From the NCBI GenBank assembly GCA_040260805.1, contig JBDQPD010000003.1, positions 6,166 to 70,165 of the forward strand: 64,000 nt of DNA, given 5' to 3'. The position numbers and the translations under genes were made by a program. The stretch is from Myxococcota bacterium (GTDB taxonomy: Bacteria; Myxococcota; UBA4151). This document shows positions 22,535-31,912 of the stretch, one piece after another (the first letter of the stretch is position 1; the number at the start of each line of letters is the position of its first letter). The notes beneath the pieces were generated by a model that ran no database searches, was not told the origin of the DNA, and saw nothing but the letters and a program-made list of their open reading frames with translations.

Positions 22535-24222
22535 GCGACTTTCGGGACCCCGCCCAAAAGGCGACTGAAAATAAGCGAATGATGATTGCCATGGGTGTCT
22601 CCATGGGCGTGCTCATGCTTTGGAATAGTCTGTTTCCGGCGCCCATGCCGAGCCAATCAGAGGCTGCTGAACCTCAAACCGAACAGGTGGCTCAGCCCAC
22701 ACCCGACGAGGCGCCCGTCGCCGTCGCCGAGGAGCAGCCTGCCGATCCCGCACCAAACGAGGCTCAAGGCGAAGTCCCTGCTGAAGCGGTCGCTCCTAAG
22801 GCGGCGCTCCCGGAGCAGACCCATCAACTCCAAGATGAGAAACGCCAAGTCACCCTATCCAACTTAGGCGCTCGACCCAGCGCGATCTTCCTCGTCGATG
22901 AGGCGCACGGTAAAATTTACAAAGAACCGGGCAACGAAGAAGAGCGGCCACGGGTTGATCTGGCTGGAAACCGAGCGGACTTTGGAGCGCTGAAACTCCC
23001 CGGGCTCAAGCCAAAGACCTGGTCCGTCATCAAAGCCGACGACAAGTCCGTGGTCTACGGCACCCAAGCCGGCGCGCTCGAGCTCAGGCGAACGTGGACC
23101 CTCGGTGAGTACGGGCTGAGCCACAGCTTGACCATGACCGCCAAACAAGCGGTCAAAGGCCAGGCTCATCTGAGCCTGAGCATGCAAGATCCGCTTTCAG
23201 GCGGGTCAATGTTTAGCGGACCGCCCGATCTCCCGCGCAGTCTTTGCCACTCAGGCGAAGAGCTTACCGCAAGCTTTGCGAGCGATCTCAACGACAAAGA
23301 TGAGCCCAATCCAAAGGTACAAAAACCTCACTTCTTTGGGGTTGATCGGAACTTCTTTGCAGTCCTCTTTACCGGTGAAGAGATCGAAGAGTGCGCTCTT
23401 GATCTTCGCCAAATCCCTGGCGTCGAAGAGGATAAGCCCACGGACATCGTCGTGGTGAACGCGTCGCGAGCCGTCGAGCTTGCAGCAGGCGAGACCCAGA
23501 CCTGGAACAACACCCTTTACCTGCTGCCTAAGAGCGACGAATTGCTGGCTTCGGTCGACCCGAAACTCCGGGACACGATCGACTTTGGTATCTTCAAATT
23601 CATCGCTCAGCCGATGCTGTGGCTGCTGACCTTCTACTTCTCGCTTCTGGGCAACTACGGCTTAGCGATCATCTTGCTGACCTTTACGGTCAAACTCCTG
23701 CTCTGGCCGATCACCGATATGAGTTTCCGATCGATGGCTCGGATGAAAGAGGTCCAGCCAGAACTGAGCAAGCTTCGAGAGAAGTATAAGGCCGATAAGC
23801 AGATGCTCGCGCAAAAGCAGATGGAGTTGTTCAAAGAGCGCGGCGTCAACCCCGCTGGCGGCTGCTTTCCGATGCTCTTGCAAATTCCGGTGTGGTTCGC
23901 TCTGTACTCGACCTTACGAGTGGCTGTTGAGCTCTACGGTAGCCCCTTCATACCGGGCTGGCTCGATGACCTCACCTTAGCTGACCCTTACTACATCCTG
24001 CCGGTGCTGCTTGGGATCGTCTTCTTCATGCAACAAAAACTGCAACCGCAGATGAGTGACAACCCGCAGCAACAAATGATGATGAAGGTCATGCCCTTGA
24101 TGATGACCGTCTTCATGGTCGCGCTGCCTTCGGGGCTTGTCGTTTATATTCTGGTCAACACCATCTTAGGAATTGGTCACCAGTTCTACGCGATCAAGCG
24201 AGATGCAAAGCCAGCCGCTTAA
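22531..24222 (+). CDS. yidC: Membrane protein insertase YidC
   Basis: N-terminal TM, periplasmic domain, and a C-terminal Oxa1-like core (LAIILLTFTVKLLLWPITDMSFRSMARMKEVQPEL, GCFPMLLQIPVWFALY). No yidD-like ORF between rnpA and yidC. Confidence 0.9.
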   Translation: MSDFRDPAQKATENKRMMIAMGVSMGVLMLWNSLFPAPMPSQSEAAEPQTEQVAQPTPDEAPVAVAEEQPADPAPNEAQGEVPAEAVAPKAALPEQTHQLQDEKRQVTLSNLGARPSAIFLVDEAHGKIYKEPGNEEERPRVDLAGNRADFGALKLPGLKPKTWSVIKADDKSVVYGTQAGALELRRTWTLGEYGLSHSLTMTAKQAVKGQAHLSLSMQDPLSGGSMFSGPPDLPRSLCHSGEELTASFASDLNDKDEPNPKVQKPHFFGVDRNFFAVLFTGEEIEECALDLRQIPGVEEDKPTDIVVVNASRAVELAAGETQTWNNTLYLLPKSDELLASVDPKLRDTIDFGIFKFIAQPMLWLLTFYFSLLGNYGLAIILLTFTVKLLLWPITDMSFRSMARMKEVQPELSKLREKYKADKQMLAQKQMELFKERGVNPAGGCFPMLLQIPVWFALYSTLRVAVELYGSPFIPGWLDDLTLADPYYILPVLLGIVFFMQQKLQPQMSDNPQQQMMMKVMPLMMTVFMVALPSGLVVYILVNTILGIGHQFYAIKRDAKPAA

Positions 24223-25117
24223 AGACGCCCTGGCGCGCCGAGCGCAGCGGGCGAGGCAAAATAAAGAAGTCTGTCGCTTAGTCGCCGGCCGAGCTGATCA
24301 TCTCGATGGCTTGGTGATTGATCGCCTTGGTGACTTTGGCTTTGGGACACTGAGTCAAGCGAAGCTGCCCGTCTCGATCGCTGATTTAGAGAGCTTGGTC
24401 TCTAAGCTAGGCTTGCACGGGCTGACCCTTCGCCAGCGTCAAAAGGGCGGTCGCGGTGAAGAGCTGCTGCATTTGGGCGACCCCCTGCCCGAGCGCATTG
24501 AGCTTCGCGAGGGGCTTGCGCATGTGGTGCTGCGTATCCACCCTGACAGCTTGAGTTATGGCTTGTTTCCTGACCTTCGGCGTGAGCGACTTACACTAAG
24601 CGATCAGCCCAACCCGGGCTCCGTACTCAATCTATACGCCTACAGCGGCCTGTTTGGGATTCACGCAGCGCTAGCCGGAGCAGAGCGAGTCATTCAGGTC
24701 GACGCGCTCAAAAGTACCTTAGCGATGATCCGCGCCAACGAAGAGGCGAACCAAATTCAAACCACGCGCCTTTGCGAGGATGCCCTAACCTACTGCCAAC
24801 GAGCCGCTCGGCGCGGCGAGCGTTTTGATCTCGTGATTCATGACCCACCAACCTTCGGGCGAACCCCCAAAGGTAAGTCGAGAAACCTCAAGAGTTCTTT
24901 GGTTGAGCTGCTTCAGGCTAGTATGGACGTCGTGGCCGATGGTGGGCGACTACTCAGCGTCGTCAACATCAACTCGATCTCTTCTCGCCATGTGGCTGAG
25001 GCGCATCGAGTTGCAGCTGATCAAGCTGGTGTTAGACTGACCAAACAGCGCCCGCTTAAAGTCGCCGCCGATGCGCCTAGCGAGCTCAAAGGTGGTTGGT
25101 ATAAATTACGACGCTAA
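24203..25117 (+). CDS. Class I SAM-dependent methyltransferase (RlmI/RlmK-like rRNA methyltransferase family)
   Basis: SAM motif I LNLYAYSGLFGIHAALAGA and motif IV DLVIHDPPTF. Either ATG 24173 or ATG 24203 could be the start; both overlap the yidC 3' end. Confidence 0.7.
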   Translation: MQSQPLKDALARRAQRARQNKEVCRLVAGRADHLDGLVIDRLGDFGFGTLSQAKLPVSIADLESLVSKLGLHGLTLRQRQKGGRGEELLHLGDPLPERIELREGLAHVVLRIHPDSLSYGLFPDLRRERLTLSDQPNPGSVLNLYAYSGLFGIHAALAGAERVIQVDALKSTLAMIRANEEANQIQTTRLCEDALTYCQRAARRGERFDLVIHDPPTFGRTPKGKSRNLKSSLVELLQASMDVVADGGRLLSVVNINSISSRHVAEAHRVAADQAGVRLTKQRPLKVAADAPSELKGGWYKLRR

Positions 25118-26173
25118 GGGGTCGAAACCAGGCGCGTCGGGTTCCTCGGGGTCGGCAACCGTTGGCACGAGACGGACCATGGCATCGAGTAGGTCGTCGA
25201 GCCCGCGCTGGTGGTGACTCGAGATCGTCAAACAGAGCATTTTACGGCGCCCGCACCAACGCTCAAAGTCGGCTATGCACTCTTGAACAGCGGGTAGGTC
25301 AGCTTTACTCAAAACGGCGATACGAGGTCGCTGAGCGAGCTCCGGGCTGTAGCGCTCGAGCTCCTTCTCGATGGCCTCAAAGGCTTCACAAAGCGCAGCG
25401 AGTCCGTCGCCCTCAAAAAACTCAGGCAAGGTCACCAGGTGAGCGAGAGCGCTCACGCGCTCAACGTGACGTAAAAACTGATGCCCTAACCCCACACCCT
25501 CGCTGGCGCCCTCAACCAATCCAGGGATGTCTGCGATCACGACATCTCGACCGTGGCGACGGGCGACCCCTAAGCTGGGAACCTTGGTCGTAAAGGGATA
25601 GTCTGCAACCTCAGGTCGCGCATTGGATACCGCTTGCACCAAGGTCGACTTTCCAGCGTTTGGAAAGCCCAGCAAACCAATATCTGCCATCAGCTTGAGC
25701 TCAAGGCTGAGCCGGACCTCTTCACCAGGATCAGGATCCAAAACGAAATCAGGTCGCGGCCGAGACGGCGAGATAAAGCGAGCGTTGCCTTTCCCCGAGC
25801 GACCCCCTTGAGCGACGATCAGTTCATCGCCTTCTTGTATGATCTCACCAAGAACTTGTGGCTCGCCCTGGTCATCGATGATCGAGACGATCGTCCCGAG
25901 CGGCACCGGCAACACCAGCGCCGGCGCGTTCTTTCCTGTTTTGCGGTTCGAGCCGCCACGAGCGCCAGCCTGCGCCTTGTGTAGAGGCCTAAAGCGGAAC
26001 TCAAGCAAGGTGTTGAGACGATGATCACCGCGCAGCACGACGTTGCCGCCGTTGCCGCCATCTCCACCATTTGCGGGACCGTTCGGTCGACCCGGTAGGC
26101 GATTAAAGGTCAACGCACCCGGGCCGCCATCGCCCGCCTGAACCGTGATCTTTACCGCATCAATAAACTTCAT
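25106..26173 (-). CDS. obg: GTPase Obg/CgtA
   Basis: Obg-fold glycine-rich N-domain (GGDGGNGGNVVL), G1 GFPNAGKSTLV, G3 ADIPGLVEGAS. Downstream of rplU-rpmA. Confidence 0.95.
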   Translation of the reverse strand: MKFIDAVKITVQAGDGGPGALTFNRLPGRPNGPANGGDGGNGGNVVLRGDHRLNTLLEFRFRPLHKAQAGARGGSNRKTGKNAPALVLPVPLGTIVSIIDDQGEPQVLGEIIQEGDELIVAQGGRSGKGNARFISPSRPRPDFVLDPDPGEEVRLSLELKLMADIGLLGFPNAGKSTLVQAVSNARPEVADYPFTTKVPSLGVARRHGRDVVIADIPGLVEGASEGVGLGHQFLRHVERVSALAHLVTLPEFFEGDGLAALCEAFEAIEKELERYSPELAQRPRIAVLSKADLPAVQECIADFERWCGRRKMLCLTISSHHQRGLDDLLDAMVRLVPTVADPEEPDAPGFDPLAS

Positions 26174-26209
26174 AAAAACAACAACGGGAGCAGCTCAGCC
26201 GCTCCCGTT
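26174..26209 (-). terminator. Terminator-like hairpin plus U-tract between rpmA and obg
   Basis: The minus strand reads AACGGGAGC-GGCTGAGCT-GCTCCCGTT followed by GTTGTTTTT, which runs directly into the obg ATG (26173). Confidence 0.45.
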
Positions 26210-26234
26210 TCCTTGCAGGCCCAGAGCGCTAAGC

Positions 26235-26492
26235 TCAGGCCTGAGGCTCGATGCTCACCTGACGGCGACCACTGCGGTGCGAATTGTACTCAACCTTGCC
26301 ATCAATCAAAGCAAAGAGGGTGTAATCGCGACCCATGCCTACGTTGTTGCCAGGGCGGATTTTCGTGCCGCGCTGACGCACGAGGATGTTGCCCGCACGA
26401 ACGGCTTCGCCGCCATACTTCTTCACGCCCAAGTACTGAGGGTTAGAGTCGCGTCCGTTACGAGATGAGCCCTGACCTTTTTTATGTGCCAT
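26235..26492 (-). CDS. rpmA: 50S ribosomal protein L27
   Basis: [29 protein letters not shown]...; 85 aa; follows rplU. Confidence 0.95.
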   Translation of the reverse strand: MAHKKGQGSSRNGRDSNPQYLGVKKYGGEAVRAGNILVRQRGTKIRPGNNVGMGRDYTLFALIDGKVEYNSHRSGRRQVSIEPQA

Positions 26493-26507
26493 TGTTCGCT
26501 TCCCTCT

Positions 26508-26852
26508 CTAGCTGTTGATCTCGGTAATCCGAATCTGAGTATACAGAGCACGGAAACCGATCTTACGGCGATATTTCTTGCGGCGCTTGCGCTTGACGAT
26601 GAGCAACTTCTTACCCATCAGCGGCGTTTTGCGCTCTTCGAGATCTTTGTTATCTTGGCGGACGATCACTGCCTTGACCGAGACGCCACCGAGCAGGTCA
26701 GCGCCGGCACGGATGCCTGAGTCGTCTTTGAGCAAAAGCACCTTATCGAAGAGCACTTCATCGCCCACAGCACCCGAGTGATGCGGAATACGAAGGAAAT
26801 CGCCGACTTCAACGCGCTCTTGATTGGCGCCTGTATGCACCACAGCAAACAT
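26508..26852 (-). CDS. rplU: 50S ribosomal protein L21
   Basis: MFAVVHTGANQERVEVGDFLRIP... with a basic C-terminal tail (KRKRRKKYRRKIGFR). Immediately upstream of rpmA. Confidence 0.9.
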   Translation of the reverse strand: MFAVVHTGANQERVEVGDFLRIPHHSGAVGDEVLFDKVLLLKDDSGIRAGADLLGGVSVKAVIVRQDNKDLEERKTPLMGKKLLIVKRKRRKKYRRKIGFRALYTQIRITEINS

Positions 26853-27024
26853 GGTGTCTCCTCATGCCTGCACAGGACAGGGCGCACGTGACTAAAGATG
26901 CGCGCCTTTGGTGTCAAGGCCATTGCCACCGGCGGCTCTTTGTTTCGTGGCCGCCTGGCCAACGGACGAGTCAATAGCAATTGCCGCAAGCTTGGGTTAG
27001 CCAACTCCTGCGCAGCGAAGGACG

Positions 27025-27888
27025 ATGCCCATCATGAATTACATGCTCTGTGTCCGCACAGATGCTGATCAAACCGACGCGATCATGGGCAAGCTGGTCC
27101 TTGCTGGTGCTCAAGGGTTTGAATGGCGAGATCAAAGCATCGCCGCCTCCATCCCGCGTCATGAAGTTCAGCTGATCACCTACGGTACTCAGGAGGAGCT
27201 AGCCCCATTTGCTGAGCTGGCTGCCAGTTTAGCGGGTGTTCTTAGCCCACCCTCGGTGCTTGAAATCGAGACCGTCGACTGGGCTGAGGCTTGGAAAGAA
27301 TATTTCAAGCCGTTGCGTATCAGCCCTCGGCTCGCGGTCGTCCCGAGCTGGGAGGAGGTGAGCATGCCCAGTCACGTCCAGATCATTGCGGTGGACCCCG
27401 GTTCGGCGTTTGGCACCGGGCAACACGCAACGACAGCGTTGTGCTTGCGCGCCCTTGACCTCTTGGAGACTGAGCGCGGAATTGGAGACCTCGCCGATAT
27501 AGGATGCGGCACCGGCATTTTGGGGATCGGTGCTCACCTCTTGGGTGCTGGAGACATTGTCATGATCGACAACGACCCGCTCGCGGTCGAGGTGGCTCGA
27601 GAGAACCTTGAGCATCTAGGGTTGGTCGAGCGCTTCGAGTTGACCTGCAGCGACGTCCCTCCACCCAATCGTCAATTCGAGACGGTGGTCGCCAATATAT
27701 TGGCACCGGTGCTCATCCGGCTCGCCGAAGCGCTCTGCGCCAACGTCGCTCCGAGCGGCTGCCTCCTGCTCAGCGGGCTCTTGGTCAGTCAAATTGATGA
27801 AGTAGAGGCTCCATTTCTGGATTTTGGTCTGCGCCGGAAGCGCTTGAGCTGCGAAGGGGAATGGGCCTTGCTTTGGTTAGAGCGATGA
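27025..27888 (+). CDS. prmA: Ribosomal protein L11 methyltransferase PrmA
   Basis: DPGSAFGTGQHATTALCL and SAM motif ADIGCGTGILGI. Confidence 0.9.
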   Translation: MPIMNYMLCVRTDADQTDAIMGKLVLAGAQGFEWRDQSIAASIPRHEVQLITYGTQEELAPFAELAASLAGVLSPPSVLEIETVDWAEAWKEYFKPLRISPRLAVVPSWEEVSMPSHVQIIAVDPGSAFGTGQHATTALCLRALDLLETERGIGDLADIGCGTGILGIGAHLLGAGDIVMIDNDPLAVEVARENLEHLGLVERFELTCSDVPPPNRQFETVVANILAPVLIRLAEALCANVAPSGCLLLSGLLVSQIDEVEAPFLDFGLRRKRLSCEGEWALLWLER

Positions 27889-27984
27889 GCGCTCGCCGCT
27901 GCCTAATGAACCGACCCAACATCGAAGCGGCGCGCGCTGATCGGCGACCGCTTTACACTCAATTATCTCGGCCGATCGCTGCGC

Positions 27985-28599
27985 TTGAGACCTGGCGACC
28001 AGATTGAGTTCTTTGACGGCCAGGGAATGGCTCGGGTCGCGGAGATTGAAACGGTTGCAAAAAATGAGATCAGTGGATGCTGGTGTGAGCCTGTCCGTCG
28101 AGAAGACCGACGCATCGGATCCGCCCCTGTCCCGATCATCGCCCGCCTCAAAAGCCACGCTGAAGATGATGCGATCGCTGCGCTGTGCGCGATCGGCTTC
28201 CCGCAAATCCGCCTCTTTCGGGCTGACCGCGATGCAACCGATAAACCCTGGTCTGAGAAACAAGCCCAACGGTGGCGCCGTATCGCTGACGACAGCTGCC
28301 GACAAAGCGGTGGTTACTGGCGCACCGACATCCAAATTTGTGATCACCTCGGACAAGCGATCGAGGGCCTAACAGAGCTCGCCTATGGTGACCCTTCAGG
28401 AGGTCCCGTAAGCCGCTGTGACCAAAGCTCGCTCGGTGTGGTTATCGGTCCAGAGGGAGGATTTAGCGCTGAGGAGCGACAACTTCTAAACGACTCGAAC
28501 GCCTATGCCGTCCAGCTCGGCTCACGGACCTTGCGCGCTCGGCACGCGGCCAGCTTACTACCGGTCGTCGTCTTGAGTCATTGGCGGGTAAGCTCATGA
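27985..28599 (+). CDS. rsmE: 16S rRNA (uracil1498-N3)-methyltransferase RsmE (intact part; the N-terminal ~33 codons appear to be in another frame)
   Basis: LRLRPGDQIEFFDGQG, VVIGPEGGFSAEE, LGSRTLRARHAA. The frame is open back to 27910 with RsmE-like sequence (ALIGDRFTLNYLGRSLRL) but has no start codon there. An ATG at 27885 that overlaps the prmA stop (ATGA) is in a different frame. Confidence 0.8.
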   Translation: MRPGDQIEFFDGQGMARVAEIETVAKNEISGCWCEPVRREDRRIGSAPVPIIARLKSHAEDDAIAALCAIGFPQIRLFRADRDATDKPWSEKQAQRWRRIADDSCRQSGGYWRTDIQICDHLGQAIEGLTELAYGDPSGGPVSRCDQSSLGVVIGPEGGFSAEERQLLNDSNAYAVQLGSRTLRARHAASLLPVVVLSHWRVSS

Positions 28600-30032
28600 G
28601 CTCAGCCTGTCTTCGCTGCGGTTTTCCCAATGATGAGAGCGCCCAGCACTGCCGAGCGTGTTCGGCGCCACTTCACGAGGCCTCGGGTGAGGCAACCATT
28701 AAGCCGCGCTTGCGCCAGATCATCGCCGAGACTCGAGCGCGAACACGCGCTCGTCAACGTCGCGGCGTCTCTGTCAATCCCAACCGAGTGGATGTCGTAC
28801 CGCGCATACCAAGCGGCGTCGCAGCCAGCGAAACAGCGCTCAAAACAGCGCTTGAAAAAGGCAGGCTCGCACGACTCCAAGGCTTACGAGAGGAGCTCCG
28901 CAAAGGGCGTCCAGAGGTCGATCCCCCTGTGCGTGAGAGCATACCACCTCAAAGCAGCCTGACCCCACAACGCTCAGAACCCGAGCCTAAGCCTGCTGAA
29001 GAGCCGGCTCCACCACAGGCGGCTCGCGAACGCGGCGCGCCAGCCGATGCCGAACCCGCTGCGCAGCGATTCCTTGATGAGCCGAGGCACCCTGTTCAAG
29101 TCCTCGCCGGGTCCGAACCGCAACCGGCTCAACCGATCAAGGCTGCTCCAACCCCTAAAGCGCCAGTTGTAGTAAAGATCGAGACCCGAGCCCCTGCTCG
29201 AGTCGAGCCTGCGACCGAGACCGCAATCGAGCCCGTTATGCCTGCCTTGATCGAGGGCGAAGGCGAGCTTGCAGCCGAATCTAAACCGCCGGTCGCCCTA
29301 GACTCTGGGCCCCTGAAGCCGCTGGACACGGAACCCTCTTTGGGCGCTTCATCGATCAGCGAACCCAAAGCGGAGCCAGGACGTCCTGCCGAGTCCGTAC
29401 AAGCTCTCGAGACGCCCACTCAAAAGGCATCCAAAACAGAACCTTCTCAACCCGCAATGGCGCTGCCGATCGAGGAACCCGGCGACTTAGAAAACCCATC
29501 GATTAAGCCGCTTCTAAGCGCCGCTGCGAAAACGGCGCTGAGCAACCTGCGCCAGACCGCGCAGCGCCTCAAACAAAAGGTTCAAGACGATGGGCAGGTC
29601 GTCGACGAGAAGCGCTGTCGTTTGTATGACCAACACCGTTTGCTTTCGACCTTCATCGATTTCGCGCCCACGATCACGTTAGCAACCCTGTGGCTCAGCG
29701 CTCAATTCAACCAAAGTCGTCTCTCACCTGAAGAGGTCATGGCTTCTTGGCTCCTTGGTGAGGCGGGCGGCACGCCGTGGGGCTTACTGATGGTAGCGAT
29801 CTTTTGGTTGGTTTGGTGTTGGGTTGGAATTGCTGTCTGGAATGTAACCCCTGGGATGAAGGCCGCGCGCTTGAGTTGGGCTGAGGCGTCTAAGTGGAAG
29901 CTGTTCGCTCGACCGCCTTTGTTTCTCATCAGCCTTTTGCCACTGGGCTTGGGCGGAACCTATGCTCTGCTCGATAAAAATAGTCGCGGATTAAGCGACC
30001 TCGCGCTGCGTCTAACTTGGCGTAAACTGTGA
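28581..30032 (+). CDS. Zinc-ribbon / Pro-rich linker / RDD-family membrane protein
   Basis: N-terminal CxxC...CxxC (CLRCGFPNDESAQHCRAC), a ~300-aa P/A/E-rich low-complexity region, and a C-terminal multi-TM region resembling RDD (HRLLSTFIDFAPTITLATL..., VTPGMKAARL). Confidence 0.5.
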   Translation: MAGKLMSSACLRCGFPNDESAQHCRACSAPLHEASGEATIKPRLRQIIAETRARTRARQRRGVSVNPNRVDVVPRIPSGVAASETALKTALEKGRLARLQGLREELRKGRPEVDPPVRESIPPQSSLTPQRSEPEPKPAEEPAPPQAARERGAPADAEPAAQRFLDEPRHPVQVLAGSEPQPAQPIKAAPTPKAPVVVKIETRAPARVEPATETAIEPVMPALIEGEGELAAESKPPVALDSGPLKPLDTEPSLGASSISEPKAEPGRPAESVQALETPTQKASKTEPSQPAMALPIEEPGDLENPSIKPLLSAAAKTALSNLRQTAQRLKQKVQDDGQVVDEKRCRLYDQHRLLSTFIDFAPTITLATLWLSAQFNQSRLSPEEVMASWLLGEAGGTPWGLLMVAIFWLVWCWVGIAVWNVTPGMKAARLSWAEASKWKLFARPPLFLISLLPLGLGGTYALLDKNSRGLSDLALRLTWRKL

Positions 30033-30982
30033 TCCACGATTTCGCGCAACTCCTGCTCGAAACCGGTCATCTCCAGCGCGATCAACTTGACCTTTTAAGG
30101 CACCGAGCAAGCCTGATGGGCGGCGAGCTCGATCGACATGCGCTAGAGATGAGCCTTCTCGGAGCTGACGAGCTCATCGCTTTATATGCTCAATGCCTTG
30201 ATCTTCCGCCAGCTAGACCTCTCGATTTAGACCGCTTATCGCTCAAGAGAAGCGGCGCTTTTCCAGGCCGACTTGCCGCACGTTGGCGATTCATCCCCGT
30301 CGAGCAAATCGGTCTAAGTTGGCAGGTTTTGTCGGATCAAAAGCCGGACGAGGCTCTGCGCGAAGAGGTGCGCTGCACACTCGGTGTCGAACTCCTTGTC
30401 CGAGCGGTGCCACCCTTTTTGTTTGAATTGCTTGAACGCTGGCTTCATCAACGCTCAAGTCAAGACCAACTCGCTCTACTCACTGCGCGCTTGTTCCCTC
30501 GCTTCTCGGTCATTAGCGCCTCAGTTGATCCACAAATCGATACAGACCCAACCCATGAACCGTTGGAGCCGTCGCATTTGAGCTATCGGCTCGCTCGATG
30601 TGCAACCGGGCAAGATTGCCTTGATGAAACGCGGCAAGAGATGGCGAACTGGGCGCCGATTCACGGTCTTTGGCGAGTCGATGGTCCGGTTCTTCGTTCA
30701 CCGTCTCGGGCACTTAGTATCGATGCGCTCGAAGGGTTCTCAGAGGTCTTATCCTGCGATCATCTGCAGGTCTTTGATTCGGTCAACGAGGGATGGGTCG
30801 ACCTTTGCGAGGACGCTCGCCCCTTACGAAGTCTCGCGGTTCGCCCCGTCTTGATCGGGCGTCGCTGTGTGGCCGTGCTGTTGGTCGGCTCAGCCTTCTT
30901 GATCGTCGACGGTCGAAACCGGTCTCGACTTGATGACACCGCTCAGGATCTAGCGCACGCCCTTGGGTCACGCCTCGGGTAG
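30029..30982 (+). CDS. Hypothetical protein with GspE-N/MshEN-like N-terminal helices
   Basis: The N-terminus FAQLLLETGHLQRDQLDLLRHRA resembles the T2SSE_N/MshEN helix pattern only loosely. 4-nt overlap with the upstream gene. Confidence 0.35.
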   Translation: MIHDFAQLLLETGHLQRDQLDLLRHRASLMGGELDRHALEMSLLGADELIALYAQCLDLPPARPLDLDRLSLKRSGAFPGRLAARWRFIPVEQIGLSWQVLSDQKPDEALREEVRCTLGVELLVRAVPPFLFELLERWLHQRSSQDQLALLTARLFPRFSVISASVDPQIDTDPTHEPLEPSHLSYRLARCATGQDCLDETRQEMANWAPIHGLWRVDGPVLRSPSRALSIDALEGFSEVLSCDHLQVFDSVNEGWVDLCEDARPLRSLAVRPVLIGRRCVAVLLVGSAFLIVDGRNRSRLDDTAQDLAHALGSRLG

Positions 30983-31909
30983 AGCTTGGGTTGAGCTTCG
31001 GTACTCACTGACCATCCGCTCAACCAACTCAGCAGCTCCAGGTAGATCATCAATTAATCCCGAGATCTGACCCGCCTCGATTTCCCCCTCGTCGAGATCG
31101 CCGCAAAAGATTCCAGCTCGACCACGACCACGACCTAACAAGGCAGCTAGAGCCTCACGATCTTGACCTGAGCGCTCGGCTTGAATCGCTCGATCAGCAA
31201 AAGCGTTTCGGATCAAACGAACAGGGGTCACCGGAGACATCGCTAAAACGGTGTCCCGATCTCCCGCTTGAATCACCGCATCTTTATACGCTTGATGGGC
31301 GCTGCTTTCTGCACAGACTGCGAAGCGAGTGCCGACCTGAACACCTTCAGCCCCGAGCGCCAAAGCAGCAGCCATAGCTCGTCCATCAGCGATGCCGCCT
31401 GCAGCGATTACCGGCACAGTGACCGCATCAGCAATCTGCGGAATCAAACACAAGCTCGTGGTGCCTTGGGGGGCGTTGTGGCCGCCGGCTTCAACCCCCT
31501 CACAGACGACCGCATCCAGGCCGAGGTCTTCGCATTTCTTAGCTTGGCGAACGGCGGCGACGACGTGGACGTGGACACGTCCAGCCGAGCGTAATTGCTC
31601 AGAAACGACCGCCGGAGAGCCCGCCGATGAGAAGACAATCGGCACCTCTTCTTCAAGCACCACATCAACGCAGGCGCTCATGTGCTTGTACAGCAAAGGC
31701 AAATTGACCCCAAAGGGCTCAGCCGTCACCGCTCGAAGTTTACGGATGTGCTGCCTGAGCACTTCGGGCTGCATCGAGCCCGCACCCAGCAGGCCCAAGC
31801 CACCAGCCTCGCTGACCGCCGCAGCGAGACGCCAACCCGAGACCCAGATCATCCCTGCTTGGACGATCGGGTAACGAATTCCAAAAAGGTCCGTGATTCG
31901 GGTCTTCAA
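30968..31909 (-). CDS. NAD(P)H-dependent flavin oxidoreductase of the nitronate monooxygenase / FabK family
   Basis: YPIVQAGMIWVSGWRLAAAVSEAGGLGLLGAG and the FMN-binding motif VIAAGGIADGR. Confidence 0.8.
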   Translation of the reverse strand: MKTRITDLFGIRYPIVQAGMIWVSGWRLAAAVSEAGGLGLLGAGSMQPEVLRQHIRKLRAVTAEPFGVNLPLLYKHMSACVDVVLEEEVPIVFSSAGSPAVVSEQLRSAGRVHVHVVAAVRQAKKCEDLGLDAVVCEGVEAGGHNAPQGTTSLCLIPQIADAVTVPVIAAGGIADGRAMAAALALGAEGVQVGTRFAVCAESSAHQAYKDAVIQAGDRDTVLAMSPVTPVRLIRNAFADRAIQAERSGQDREALAALLGRGRGRAGIFCGDLDEGEIEAGQISGLIDDLPGAAELVERMVSEYRSSTQALPEA

Positions 31910-31912
31910 GAC

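Noticed and set aside
27877-28356. 159-aa minus-strand ORF opposite rsmE
   Set aside because: I considered it because rsmE has a disturbed 5' end. The + strand carries clear RsmE motifs throughout, and the minus ORF has none.
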